A stretch of 64,000 bases of DNA from the human T2T-CHM13v2.0 reference genome, Homo sapiens. The stretch lies in NCBI RefSeq assembly GCF_009914755.1, contig NC_060926.1. The stretch is one strand, 5' to 3'. Positions 1 through 13,329 of the stretch are shown here, in pieces; the first letter of the stretch is position 1, and each line of letters opens with the position of its first letter. The notes beneath the pieces are model-generated. The model searched no databases. It saw nothing but the letters and a program-made list of their open reading frames with translations, and was not told the DNA's origin. The position numbers were made by a program, and so were the translations under genes.

Positions 1-169
1 TAAAAATAGAAATAACCTCTTCAGCAGTCAGAGATATTACTTTCTTTCAATCTTGTATTTCCATTCCAACTCCCCCACAGAATTTTATCCTAATGAGATA
101 TACTTTAATTTGTGAAATATTTTATTCATTACCTTGTCATATTTTCCTGCAGTAAAAATATGTATATAA

Positions 170-475
<306 letters not shown>

Positions 476-789
476 TAAAATTATTTTTTAAGAAGTCCCT
501 GTGAACATAGGCTCTAAGTATTACACATTTTCTTCTATATTGAGTTGTCATTTCAATTATTGTTAGTATACAATTGATCAGAACAAAATAAATATGTTAC
601 AAAGATTAAGATAGTATATGTCAAACTAAAATGATAGCAAATGGATCTGTTAATGAAATGGATATATCATAGATAAAAATTAATTAGTATTAAAAACTGC
701 TAGTATAAATCAAGGTTCAGCATCAATTCTGTTCTCTCTCTTCTTTTTTTGTAGCTATACATGTTGAGAAACTCTGGTAGCAATTGCTG

Positions 790-1145
790 GTGCTGTCTGT
801 AGTCCCTTATCCTCTCTTTCCTGAGCACACAAAGCAGAAGACTTCCTGGATTTCCTTTCAGTTAGGTTAGGTCATGTGACTAGTTCCAGCCAATGACACG
901 CGAGTGGAAGTGCCACGTGTTTCTTCCTAAACCTGGGAACTTAACAGTTCTCTAGTGCCATAGCAGCACTGGAAGCCCCATGTTCTGGAGGTAGGACACA
1001 GCCTGGATCTGTGAGTTACTGCTTGGAGGCAAGTGTCCTGACCATAGCAGGCTTCGCATGATCAATAAATTAACTTCTGAGTTTTGTTTTTAACCACTAG
1101 TATTACAGGGTTTGTTTCCACAGCACACTCTAACTTATCTTAACA
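790..1145 (+). mobile_element. Old MaLR LTR (MLT1 family)
   Basis: ggtcatgtgactagttc...gccaatg...gtggaagtg motif and MLT1-like 3' end (aataaa...gtttgttt.cacagca). Confidence 0.6.
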
Positions 1146-2399
1146 TAGAAACTTTGTTCATATAAATAAGTAGATGGGAATAAAAGGAGGTTTGTTATAA
1201 CAATATCCCTCTATTACTTGAATTCCTTTCTCATAGGTGCCAAAAAATCAGTGATTCTACATTAAAAATTATTTTCTATATCAACCAACTGCTTGATTAT
1301 GTTCTCCTTCAGTTTTTTTTAAAGCATAGAAGTGGAAACACCCTACTTGCAAAGTGATTTGTTACCCAGTCATTAGAATGATTCATGTCAATTTCCTACA
1401 AGTAAAATTAAAAGGCTTTACTAAGACTCTTCAAATAACTGTTCATTATGCCTGTTACTCTTTCACTTACAGGCATCTTGCTTTACCTGATATACAAATG
1501 AAGGCTGGGAAAAGTAAAATATCACTTCATTATAGTTCGGTCAATACTATTTTTCTATTAAAATGCCTTTATCCTATTACAAGCTTTAATCAGAACACAA
1601 GAGCAGCAGATTTAGTTCATTCAATTAATACAAAATGTTCATCATAAAACTTAATGGGTAAAGTCAATCCTTGTTGTCAAACCAATGAGCCAAATAAAAA
1701 AAACTTCAGAAAAGGTCTGGATTCATTTTTCAGTTCAAATAAGCTTGTTAATACTCATCCTCACAACTCACATAGAAATCTAAGATAAATCAAGCCTTGG
1801 GACTTTCTTCTGGATAACATAAGATGTTAGGTTCTTGGCAACACATGCTTCACTTTGCTTTCACCAGACTTTTTCTACAGCTTGTTCTCTGACAATAGTC
1901 AGGCAGTGGATGAGATAAATTTTCAAATGAAAGTAGCACTCCAGCTGTTCCACTGTATAATACATATTAATTCAGAATATGAACATGGGGCAAAATAACT
2001 CATTTCTAAGTCATCGCTTCAACTTTAACAGAAAAATGTCCTAACACAGAGAAAGACGTGAGGATCTACAGAATGAGTTTACAATTTCTTTATTAAAAGA
2101 AGCTTCACTGACATCAATACTTCGAATATTTTTCTTTGGAGCCATGGAGGATTTTCCCATAGTAAGATCTGAAATGAAAGCCATTTCTTTTTCTTTTTCT
2201 TTTTAAAGGTAGAGAAAGGCATTTGTGTAAAGAGAGGTGGGAAAGAAGAACCAGGGGTGCTCTCAGGTAAATCAGTTTTAAGAAAAAATATACATGAAGA
2301 TTCTGGAAATTAAGTTTCTTAAATACCCATGCTCCTGTATTCCTTAGGCATGTGTCCCCAGTTTGAGGACTTTTGACTTAGAGGATTTCAACAGCCTGT

Positions 2400-2650
2400 G
2401 GAAGCTCCATAATGAATCAAAGATGGGTCTCAAGTCAACATCCTCTGTCAGCCACAGATTGGAGGCCCATGGAGGACTCCAGGCCTTAGGAGACAGAGGG
2501 CTGGCTATATAGGAGAAGCATGGACCCATGAATGACTGAACAGAGCAAAGTCCTCTTGCCAGCCCATGCAGGTGTGGGTGAGAAATAAACCTTTGCTGTG
2601 TTAATCCACCAAGACTGTGGGATTGTTTGCTATGGCATTTCGCCTTTCTG
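2400..2650 (+). mobile_element. MLT1-family LTR fragment
   Basis: gagaaataaacctttgctgtgttaatccac...gggattgtttgctatggca resembles an MLT1 3' end. Confidence 0.55.
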
Positions 2651-3448
2651 GACGAAAAGAGTAGCTAATGGTAGCTAATGGGATCTCACCACTGCAGGGG
2701 TGAAGTGACTGCCTTGTAGCCAAGAACTGCAGTGTTCGGATAGGGAATTCAACAGGAGACACAGCCAGTTCTCAAGAGATAAGACAGCACCAGGGACAGC
2801 CAGAATGAGGCCAAATCAAAGAGAACAGACTACAGATTAAAGCAACTGCAGACTTCACAGCAGATGCCAGCAGAATTCCCAGGAGTGAGGCCAGACAGCT
2901 ATTCTCAGTGGACACCAGCTAACATACATCCACAGTAAGTTGTCACCTTCTCCCCTCAACACTACCAGGACACAGCAAGTTCTTATATATCCAACCACCA
3001 TTTTGAGAAGAGTAAAGAAACTCCAAAAGACTGAACGTTTAAGTAAACATTCAGTTCAATCTTATCTTTAATAAGGAGTGGACCCTTCAAGAGAAGAAAT
3101 ATTTAACCCGAAAGAAGACTGTTGTAACTGTAAGAGCCCAATATATTGTTAAATGGAAAAACCCAGGCATTTCCATTACTCAGATTCTATAAAGATCCTC
3201 AGGTTAGTCATAGAACATAATTGACTGTTGGAGGGGCACATTAACTATGTGTGAATTTGTGATCCTGCCGCTTTTTTGGCATAAATGTAAGGAGTACAAG
3301 TGTAATTTTGTTACATAAATACAGTATGTAGTGGTAAAGTCTGGTGTAACCATCACGCAAATAGTGTATAATATACCCATTACCTGCTACTTTTTTTTCT
3401 TTTCGAATTATAGCTATAAAATCTAGTTCACATTAAAAATACAGATGA

Positions 3449-3796
<348 letters not shown>

Positions 3797-4627
3797 TCAG
3801 TACTATTTCTGCAAATTCAGTAATGGCAAGAAGTGTGTGATCTGTCCATGGGTCCAGATTATCTGGAGATGTTGTTCAATACTAAACATCAAAGTATGGA
3901 GCACTGAGAAGCAATACAGCTTCTTTCTGCAAAATCACTTTCCTAATGGTGTATTTTGTCAAATTATTATGTGTGACTATATACCTTGACTGGAAGGCTG
4001 GTTGATTAGCAGTTTTTACCAAGTCCATTGAAAAGAACAGAACTTTAATTCCACTCAAAAGATGGTTAAATTGGGCTTTTATACCATCTGGTGAGTTCAA
4101 GCCAATTATTTTTTGAGTCATAAATATGCAACTGCCACATAATATAATATCTTTTAAAAAATGAAGTCCCAATACTTAAAAAAATTATGGAGGTAGACTG
4201 TCCCAGTGTGTAAATTATTATAACAGTAGCAAAGAGCTGCTTTTGGAAGCTGGATTAACTGTTGCAGGCCACAAGGATTCCATTCTTAGTGGTATGCTCT
4301 TCAAATTGTATTTCTAATGATGATGGTTTGCCTCTTAGAAATTCATTCATACTTTCTCTCAGAGCTCCCCCTTGTGATTAGTGGCCACTGGTTTTGAGGC
4401 AGTTGGTTGTAATAATTAAAATGCACACTCTCAGGGAGGCCCTGAGAGTCCCCCAGTTTCTCTCTATCATGGAACCTTACTTCATTTTCATAACCACTTG
4501 CTATTTTATGCATATGCATTTCTTTACTGAGTTACTGTCAATTTTCCCTCATTAGAAAATAAGTGGCATGAAAAGATAGCCCTTACCCCAAGTTGCTCAC
4601 CTTAGTACCTCTGTTTCTAGAACAGCA

Positions 4628-4777
4628 CTTTTTTGAGGTGGGGTCTCATTCAGTTGCCCAGGCAGGAGTGCAGTGGTGCAACCATAGCTCACTGCAGCCT
4701 TCAACTTCTGGGCTCAGTTGATCCTCTTCCCTCAGCCTCCTAAGTAGCTGGGACTACAGGTGCGTGCCACCATGCTC
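4628..4777 (-). mobile_element. Alu monomer (FLAM/AluJ-like fragment)
   Basis: gttgcccaggcaggagtgcagtggtgcaaccatagctcactgcagcc...gtagctgggactacagg. Confidence 0.8.
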
Positions 4778-4898
4778 AGTACACTTTTTTCTTGATAAAA
4801 TTCAATAAACAGTTATGTAATGAGTAAATTTTTAGATATTGATTATGAAGCTGTTTTCTTTATAAGGAACTAATAAAGGAAAATAAAATCTGTAATTT

Positions 4899-5044
4899 TT
4901 TATTTACAGACAGTATCATAATCATTATTTACCATCTACACTAACTAGACTAATATAAAAGGAGATCGTTCCCAGAAAATAGTTTATTAAATAGAACACC
5001 TAAACTCATTTACATAATAAAGATATCTAGATTACTAATTTATT
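4899..5044 (-). terminator. Cluster of candidate proximal poly(A) signals for PLA2R1 (~1 kb 3' UTR); longer UTR forms may extend past position 1
   Basis: Minus-strand AATAAA (plus-strand tttatt) at 5039-5044, 4983-4988 and 4899-4904; usage cannot be shown from sequence. Confidence 0.5.
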
Positions 5045-6000
5045 TAGTACTTCTCAACAACATCTGTCTGGTTCTAATGAGACTATAATTCAGATCTTTA
5101 GCTCTTCTCCTTTAAATCCAAGTTACATTTTATATCTTCCAGTTATTAAGAGTGTTACATATTATTTTATATATTTAGTTTTTCAGAAAGTCCATGAGTT
5201 TTAACAGTACAACTGTTAAAGTTTCAATATATTACTTTAAGCTTATGTATAAGACATTTTAAAATATCCAACTTAATCATCATTTAGTAATTGAAAGTTT
5301 AAGGCCACATTTTAACTATATGGTTGTTTATAAAAGTGTGCTGCTAATGAAGGTCTTTGCCATTTAAAAGAAGGTATTTTTCTTTCTCCTTTAGCTTGAG
5401 ATGTTAGACCTAATAAAAATGAATGTCACCTTAAATATCAGTTGAGAGCCCAGAACCTGTGACCCTTAAGCACAGAAATTAGTATTTTCCAAATCCTGCT
5501 ATTAAAAGTGAATTCAAAAGAAACAACTAAGAATCCTCTCAGAAGCCCTTTCCTTTTCCTCTCATATACAAGATTAATTTTTTTTTGCTTCTTTCTGTCT
5601 TTCTTAATGGTACGAGTGCAGGTAAATGTCTGAATAGATACCAGATTAGTTTTAAAATTCCCCCAAATTTTAGTAGAGATACATTAATGCAAAAACTATT
5701 ATTCGCATTGATTTCAGAGTTTTCAATAGGGAGTTTCTTTTAATAGTTCTTGTCTTTCTGAAAAATAACCAATGCATAATTTACCCCTTTTAAGAATGGA
5801 TCACAGTTTAGGGAAATGAATAAATCAAAACCCATCTGATTTGGTTAAGATTCAAAACCAGTAATCACTTCAAGAATAATTAAAATAGTGACCCAATTCA
5901 CATTCTAATGGCATCTGTGCTGTAAAGGGAAAGACAGATGAGACTCCTGTTTAGTCTTCTTTACTTACCCTGGTGTCTGTGGCATTCTCTGACCTCATTA

Positions 6001-6215
6001 TTATTGGTCACTCTTCTCAAGATCAGAAATGAGAATATTTTCTTCTAAATATACTGTACTAAAGTTGGTTGCAGGATAGTAAGGATTCCGAAACCCTGCA
6101 AGTCTCCTGAAGAAGCCACCGTTATGCTTGTATATGCAGAAGGAAAGTGTGCAAATGGCCACAATGACTATCAGTGTCAGTACAACCGCAAGAGGAATGA
6201 TGCTGTGACTTGGTC
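6001..6215 (-). CDS. PLA2R1: PLA2R1 exon 30 coding part: transmembrane helix and cytoplasmic tail with NPYY (NPxY) endocytosis motif
   Basis: tttcag|GA CCA AGT ...; (G)PSHSIIPLAVVLTLIVIVAICTLSFCIYKHNGGFFRRLAGFRNPYYPATNFSTVYLEENILISDLEKSDQ*; TAA at 6001-6003, followed in frame by TAA TGA. Confidence 0.97.
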
Positions 6216-6349
6216 CTGAAAGAAGATATTTTTCTTAAAAAAAGAAAAACTTCAGTGGCGATGAAGTAATATAGATACTGTCATACAGCTGCTTTCTATC
6301 TTATTATTTCTAAGAAAAATCAAAATGTTTTGTATGGTTTCAAACGTAC

Positions 6350-6382
6350 CTTTTTCTGGCAGCGCCTCTGCAGTGTGAATAT
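6350..6382 (-). CDS. PLA2R1: PLA2R1 exon 29 (33-nt juxtamembrane stalk exon)
   Basis: ttttag|AT ATT CAC ACT GCA GAG GCG CTG CCA GAA AAA G|gtacgt; (D)IHTAEALPEK. Confidence 0.94.
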
Positions 6383-6451
6383 CTAAAATCAAATACAAAA
6401 ATTAAAATGAGGTTTTTCTTTTAATTCAGCAAAAATATGTCATTACTTACT

Positions 6452-6645
6452 CAGGGATCAGCAAACTATGGCCCATGACCCTATTTTTATAAAAAATGTT
6501 TTACTGGAACTTAGCCACACTCATTCATTGATGTATTGTTACAGCTGCTTTCCTGCTACAATGGCATGTAACAGAGACCATATGGCTCCCAAAGCCTAAA
6601 ATGTTTACTAGCTGGCCCTTTACAGAAAAAGTTTGCTGACCTTTG
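6452..6645. mobile_element. MER58A-like hAT DNA transposon (MITE)
   Basis: Terminal inverted repeats cagggatcagcaaact / agtttgctgacctttg; internal tggccctttacagaaaaagtttg. Confidence 0.75.
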
Positions 6646-7196
6646 ATTTATTGTAATCATCGTTATTAGTGCTCACAAACATACACCCTGCTTGTTTTTT
6701 TTAAGCCAAGAAGTTTCTATTCAGTCCCAGCACTGTGCTGCAATAAATATAGAGTAAAATATAAACCCTGCATACAAGGAACTCACAGTTTTGTTGGGAT
6801 CTTATATGGAGTTTGTCCAGCAATGATAATCTGCCTGACTCTTTGTAAGGATTTTTAAATCAGCATCTTCTCACCTTTGTGATCTCATGGGTCTTGGGGA
6901 ATGAGCAACAGCTTCTCCATCCAAAAAGTTAGAGAGTTTCTGTTTTAAAACTTTCTACTGTAAAAACACATCTTTTAAGTAGATGTTATATCAAAATGTG
7001 AACTCTTCTATTTTTGATCTAGGTAAAGATCCAGAGAAAGGTATAGAGAATGAACCAGAGGAAGATGAAGAAATGGATTTGTGAGCAAAAGAACTGCCTT
7101 GATGTCCTACTGATGCTCATTCACTCTGATAGACATGAAAAAAATCACAACACTGTTACTAATAGCAAAACCATACTTTTAAAACCAGACTTGTTC

Positions 7197-7492
7197 TTTT
7201 TTTTTTTTTTTTGAGGCGAAGTCTCACTCTGTTGCCCGGGCCAGAGTACAATGGCGTGATCTCGGCTCACTGCAACCTCTGCCCTGGGTTCAAGCAATTC
7301 TCTTGCCTCAGCTTCCTTAGTATCTGGGATTACGGGTTGTGCCATCACACCTGGCTAATTTTTGTATTTTTAGTAGAGATGGAGTTTTGCCATGTTGGCC
7401 AGGCTGGTCTCGAACTCCTGACCTCAAGTGATCCAGCTGCCTCTGCCTCCCAAAGTGCTGGGATTTACAGGCGTGAGCCACCACCCCCGGCC
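7197..7492 (-). mobile_element. Alu (AluS-type) with 15-bp TSD
   Basis: Antisense Alu; TSD cagacttgttctttt at 7186-7200 and 7493-7507. Confidence 0.93.
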
Positions 7493-9127
7493 CAGACTTG
7501 TTCTTTTAATATAAAAACAATGCCATTTAACGTTGCATTAAACTGTCGAAAATATGTATTATTGTGTTTTTATGAAGACACTTCTTTTAAATTGATGCAT
7601 ATCAGATGCACAAATTTTCAGAACACAAGTGATAATTGAATATAGTCATATAATTTGTATAGTGTACTTGGGATAACCATCACTTTAAACATAAAGATAC
7701 ATCTTTAAGAAAGACTGTTAAGAGTGTTTGTTCTCAGGATAGAAGCAGTGGGCGGCATGGAAAGAGCACTTAGAAAACTTAGAGTTTTCTCTGTAGTCCT
7801 TGATGTAGCCTACGTTTGCACAGGCACTTTTCCCGTCTGTAAAATGGGGATATTTAAATTGCTCCACTACCTTGGAAAGCTGCTGCGAAGGATGAAACAG
7901 GTGTCATCTGCATTATAGGAAACTTTAAAGTCCTGTAAGACATGAGGTGTTTCTGATTTGTTCTTGATATTTAAAAGCTAGTGATAACTTGGGCACATTA
8001 TTTATCAGGCTTAGCCATGTTTTTCTTTTTTTTTTTTTTTCTCTCACACAGAGTTGAGACTCACACTGTGGGGGTTTCAAACATTGGTGCCCACACCTGC
8101 AGTGTTTTCTTCTTCATTCCCAGCTCAAATCAGTCAACAGGGCCGGTGATTCTCTCTTCCTATTTCTCCCCTCCTCTTTCGTTCCTAGTTTAATCACTCA
8201 AATTACAAATGTTTCTCTTCATATCCTCATGAGTTCTACTTCATCACAGGTGTCTACAGAGCACATAGGGGGTCTGTCTCTTCCACCACAAAGTTCAGCT
8301 CTTTAGCCTGGCACTCTGTGAAAGGATCCTACATTACCATCCAATTTTATTCCCATCACCCCCTGACGTGAGCCCTTTGCTCTAATTGAAACACATTCTT
8401 AGTTGCTGCCTTTAATCAGGCTGGGCCTTTTCCTCCTCTGTTCCAGCTTCTATAATTCTCTTCATCCTTTGGGATCCTAAAACCTCATGTCTGAAGCCTT
8501 CTCTAGCAGTACAGGCCACAGCAATCCCTCCTTTATAATACTGACATCTAGAAATTGCTGTAATTATTATAGACATTTTCCCACCATCAGTGACTAGAAT
8601 TTTCTAGCTTAGATTTCTAAAATTATTGTTTTTTTTAATTACTAAACACTAAGTATGTTACTGATGATTAAGTTAAAATGTGACTTTTATGACACATTAT
8701 GCTTGCAACAGGGAATCACATCTTCTTGTCTACAGCAAATATACATAAGCCTAGATTATATTTCCTGAGGCCAAACATAAACCTTAAAAATTCTGAGTAG
8801 CAGTCACCAGAATGAAGGTTGCTGGTTTACATTCCTAGTTCTATTTGCTTGAGGGAAAATGATTTTTTGCCCATTAGGTGATCAACCTGGGTGACACAAG
8901 AAAAATCATAGTCTTTGAGTTGACTTATAATGATTTTTTTTCTCATATCAGAGAAAGAAGGAGCTGAACTATTCTCTGACTTGTTTGGTGCAGAACACAA
9001 CAATAATGTCAGAATCTATCTGAATACTCTCTCAACTTGGATTTTAAAACCTTTAAATGCTAAAGAAGTCAGTCAACATTAGTTAAGGTAGAATCAAAAT
9101 GAAGAATTACTCTCTGACTTTACCTAC

Positions 9128-9304
9128 CTGCCTCCATTTTACATATAAAGCCTTTTTTTTCTTGACACGGGGATAGCTGCCATAATCCTTCAGGGATCCT
9201 CAAGGCAACACAATGATGGGGCTTGAAGTAGTCTGTGTCTGGCTTCCGAATGCCCCAGTTTGACTGGTCTGTGGGAGTTCCATCAAACCACTTTATGGTT
9301 TCAT
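9128..9304 (-). CDS. PLA2R1: PLA2R1 exon 28 (end of CTLD8)
   Basis: tcacag|AT GAA ACC ... GAG GCA G|gtaggt; (N)ETIKWFDGTPTDQSNWGIRKPDTDYFKPHHCVALRIPEGLWQLSPCQEKKGFICKMEA; 177 nt. Confidence 0.96.
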
Positions 9305-9397
9305 CTGTGAGAAAATTGCTGACTCATTATGAATTATGTGCATGGTTATCAAACATACTAAGACTGGAATTAACCATAAAAAGCAGCCCCTGAATTT

Positions 9398-9947
9398 TTT
9401 TATTTTTTTATTTTTATTTTTATTTTTTTATTATTATACTTTAAGTTTTAGGGTACATGTGCACAATGTGCAGGTTAGTTACATATGTATACATGTGACA
9501 TGCTGGTGCGCTGCACCCACTAACTCGTCATCCAGCATTAGGTATATCTCCCAATGCTATCCCTCCCTCCTCCCCCCACCCCACAACAGTCCCCAGAGTG
9601 TGATGTTCCCCTTCCTGTGTCCATGTGTTCTCATTGTTCAATTCCCACCTATGAGTGAGAATATGCAGTGTTTGGTTTTTTGTTCTTGCGATAATTACTG
9701 AGAATGATGATTTGCAATTTTATCCATGTCCCTACAAAGGACATGAACTCATCATTTTTTTATGGCTGCATAGTATTCCATGGTATATATGTGCCACATT
9801 TTCTTAATCCAGTCTATCATTGTTGGACATTTGGGTTGGTTCCAAGTCTTTGCTATTGTGAATAGTGCCGCAATAAACATACGTGTGTATGTGTCTTTAT
9901 AGCAGCATGATTTATAGTCCTTTGGGTATATACCCAGTAATGGGATG
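9398..9947 (-). mobile_element. 5'-truncated young L1 (L1PA3-like), sense to PLA2R1, in intron 27
   Basis: L1 3' UTR and ORF2 end on the minus strand; TSD gcagcccctgaattt at 9383-9397 and 9948-9962. Confidence 0.93.
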
Positions 9948-11014
9948 GCAGCCCCTGAATTTAATGAGACTCTTGAACTAATACATTCAACTCAGTAAAT
10001 ACAGTGATGTACTCAACATCAAAAGGTAGGCATTAATAAAGTTGCCTCTTTATTTTAGGTACAGTGTTCTTATTTAGGTCATTTAGGTTATCATGTTTCT
10101 TAATGTGACAGTTTGAATTTTGAAATATTCCATATATATATATAATCGATTTAAAGAAATCATTTGATAAACAAAACTAATCGAGTAAAGAAAAATCCTT
10201 TGAAGTCCTAACATCTTCATCATTACAAAATGGCTCACTTTCTAAAAAGATTTTACAGTGAATTTCTTTAATACCAAGCCAGCCATGTACCAAGGGGGTA
10301 GGGGCGGTAGGAGAGTCCATCCCATGTGTGGGCAATAGTGTATTGTCTGAAAATAATTTAAAACTAACAATACAGCTAACTAAAAGTTGGTCTGCTTTTT
10401 ATTATCACCATCTGCTTGAAATTCTAAACAATGTTGGTGATTAAAATACTCCTCCTCGAAAGGGTAGGCTCACCCCCAACCTTGGTACACCACTGTAACA
10501 AGCTCTCCATACCAATTAAAATAATTTTCTTCACAAGTACCTTTCAATAACCATCAATTACATAAAGAAAAGAATACCATGCTTCCATTTTATTACAAAC
10601 TCTGGTTTTTATGAGTAGCAAATAAGAATCCTAACAGCACAGTTCATCATGGAAACATTTCCATAACTCTATTGTGCTTTTATAACATTTAGAAACCTGG
10701 GATATTTTCCAGTAAATATGGTTTTGGTATGCAATGACTAAGTCTGTGAACACAAAGTTCCAGCCAAGCATCTTCCTGCTAAGGGTAAAGATAAACATGT
10801 TATTGTTTGTTTTTATTTTTGGTGTTCTGGGATTATTTTAAAAGACAAAAGGGTAAAGAAAAGGGTTGCAATGTTGTTTTTGGAAGAAATGGCTTTAGGC
10901 TTCATGCTATTTTTTCTCAGAAAACGTATCCAAGGAGAGTTTTCTGGCTCACAGATGCCATTATCATCAGCTTTAACAACCATGTATTTATTTATGTCCT
11001 CTCCTCTACCCAAA

Positions 11015-11022
11015 TCACTTAC
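11015..11022 (-). CDS. PLA2R1: Read-through extension of exon 27 giving the C-terminus (...DGNSK*) of the soluble PLA2R1 isoform
   Basis: Unspliced A-GT AAG TGA gives S-K-stop (TGA at 11015-11017), 1324 aa by my exon arithmetic; agrees with the described secreted isoform as I recall it. Confidence 0.8.
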
Positions 11023-11139
11023 TGTTACCATCAAATTGAGCATTCAACCAAACCATCTGGACAGAAGAACCAAAAGCAAACAGCTCTTCTAGGAGAAATG
11101 CATTTTCAGCCTCATCCTTGATTGTTAAAAGATTAGAAC
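11023..11139 (-). CDS. PLA2R1: PLA2R1 exon 27 (CTLD8)
   Basis: ttatag|GT TCT AAT ... GGT AAC A|gtaagt; (G)SNLLTIKDEAENAFLLEELFAFGSSVQMVWLNAQFDGN; 117 nt. Confidence 0.96.
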
Positions 11140-11640
11140 CTATAAGAGAGACAAGTAGCAAAGGAATATTTGTGTTTACACATAAATATACTTTAAAAAA
11201 TGTTTCCTATACTATTAATTGTAAAGCTCAGGTTTTGAAAAGTGAAAATTTCCATTATAAAGAAGAGACTTTAAATTAAAAAAGTAAAACCACATTTTTT
11301 AAAAGATACAAGCTTGCACGTCAGAAGTTAAGGCATAGAATATTAATTTTAGGGAACATTCAAAATTCATAATGCAAATGCATGCAAAAGGAACGTTTTC
11401 TTCAGAAAGTGCAGTATGCTGAGACATCATCTTAGGTTTCCAAATTCTACACTGGACATTGTTTCATATAGTAGCTGTCCTCCAAACAAGCAATTTCAAT
11501 AGTATTTATTTTTTCAATAGTTTAGTTTTTGTTGCTCCTAAAGTCACTAAATAATGGGATGAATAAAGAAATCCACATTGTTTACTGAAATGGCAAGAAG
11601 GAGCACATGAAAGCATTTTTACCATCACAAAAACAATTAC

Positions 11641-11781
11641 CTTCCTTTTTGCAAAATTCATGAGCAGCCTCAAAACTCATACTGTCTAGGACTGTAGAAA
11701 AACTGTAGCAATTACTTTTAAATTTTATCCAGGGAATAGATGTTTCTGAGCACAACTCTGGGTGTTCAGATTGTCTTGTTT
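11641..11781 (-). CDS. PLA2R1: PLA2R1 exon 26 (CTLD8)
   Basis: tcacag|AA ACA AGA ... AAG GAA G|gtaatt; (E)TRQSEHPELCSETSIPWIKFKSNCYSFSTVLDSMSFEAAHEFCKKE; 141 nt. Confidence 0.96.
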
Positions 11782-12415
11782 CTGTGAAGAAAAGCCAGTT
11801 ATGATTTCAGGGTGGTGACTGGGTTTATTTATTGAGATAAATATTACATTACATTCTATAAAAGATCAAGATAAATATATGTAACAAGATTTTCATGGTA
11901 ATACTCTGAAAGATTGGGTTTCATGTAAATGATTATAAAACTAGGACCAGTTTATAGCATTTCTGACAGAAATAATCTTTACCTAAACATAACAAGATAT
12001 GTTAAGGCACAGCTTTGTAGGCTTAGTTTGGGTGCTGCCTGGGTGAGGGTGGCTCTTTCATGTTTACAATTAGCATCCTAAAGGTTGGAACAAGCAGGGG
12101 CTATGACTCCCAGAGAGAGTGGCAGCTGACTGATGCTGGTAAAAGAGATTTCCAAATGTATGCATTTCATGCAGTGCTGTGTATCACAGATTTGAAAAGT
12201 CCTTACCCACTAATAAACCTGTGAAAGAAAATAATGCATTCAATAAAGTATCATAACATAGCATAACATAAAATAAATAAGGGAACTCCAGAGGGACTTT
12301 ATTTCAGAGAGCAAGCATGAGAGTTAGACACATCCATGCTGAGATCCCGGCTCCACCACTTACTAGCTGCGTGACCATGGGCATGTTACCTTGCACTTGG
12401 TTTCTTTATCTATAA

Positions 12416-12745
<330 letters not shown>

Positions 12746-13329
12746 ACAGCCACCTTCCTTACAAGTTGAGAAGTTTCAATGAGTTAGAGCCTGACACTTC
12801 TTAAGCATTCAATAAATGCATTGTTATTGAAAGGACAAGATTCCAAGAAAAGGCAAGTGCTAACAAAAAAAAAAAAAAAAAAAAGGAGAAAAGGGAAGGA
12901 CAGCTTTTATGGAGTTTTAGAAGTAGAATTAGCTTTTCCAAGATATATGTGGCTATCATTTACATTTAATCCTGAATTGTTTTGATCTAAAAATATATAA
13001 TTTGTATGTTATTTGATACAGTACCCAGAATGTAAGTAAATACATGCACTTTTACTAAATGAGAGATTTAAAAGGAGGCCAGCTTGTGTTAGTGAATTCT
13101 ATGCAGGAAACTTGATTTCTACTCTTGGTACTGGTGATGGACAGCTGTGAGACACTTAGGAAACTATTTAATGCTCTGAGTTTACATTTCATTTTTAATA
13201 AAGGGGTTAGGCCAGGTGAACTTTAAGTGTAAATGAGATATTATGTAAAGTGCAGAGCCAGATATCTAGTAAATATCCAAACAATATCACCATCATCATT
13301 ATTGTAGCTCTGGAATCCTATCAATCTTT

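Noticed and set aside
7211-7639. 142-aa ORF and other Alu-overlapping ORFs (3465, 3509, 21712, 33784, 50757)
   Set aside because: They are translations of Alu sequence, with no splice or domain support.
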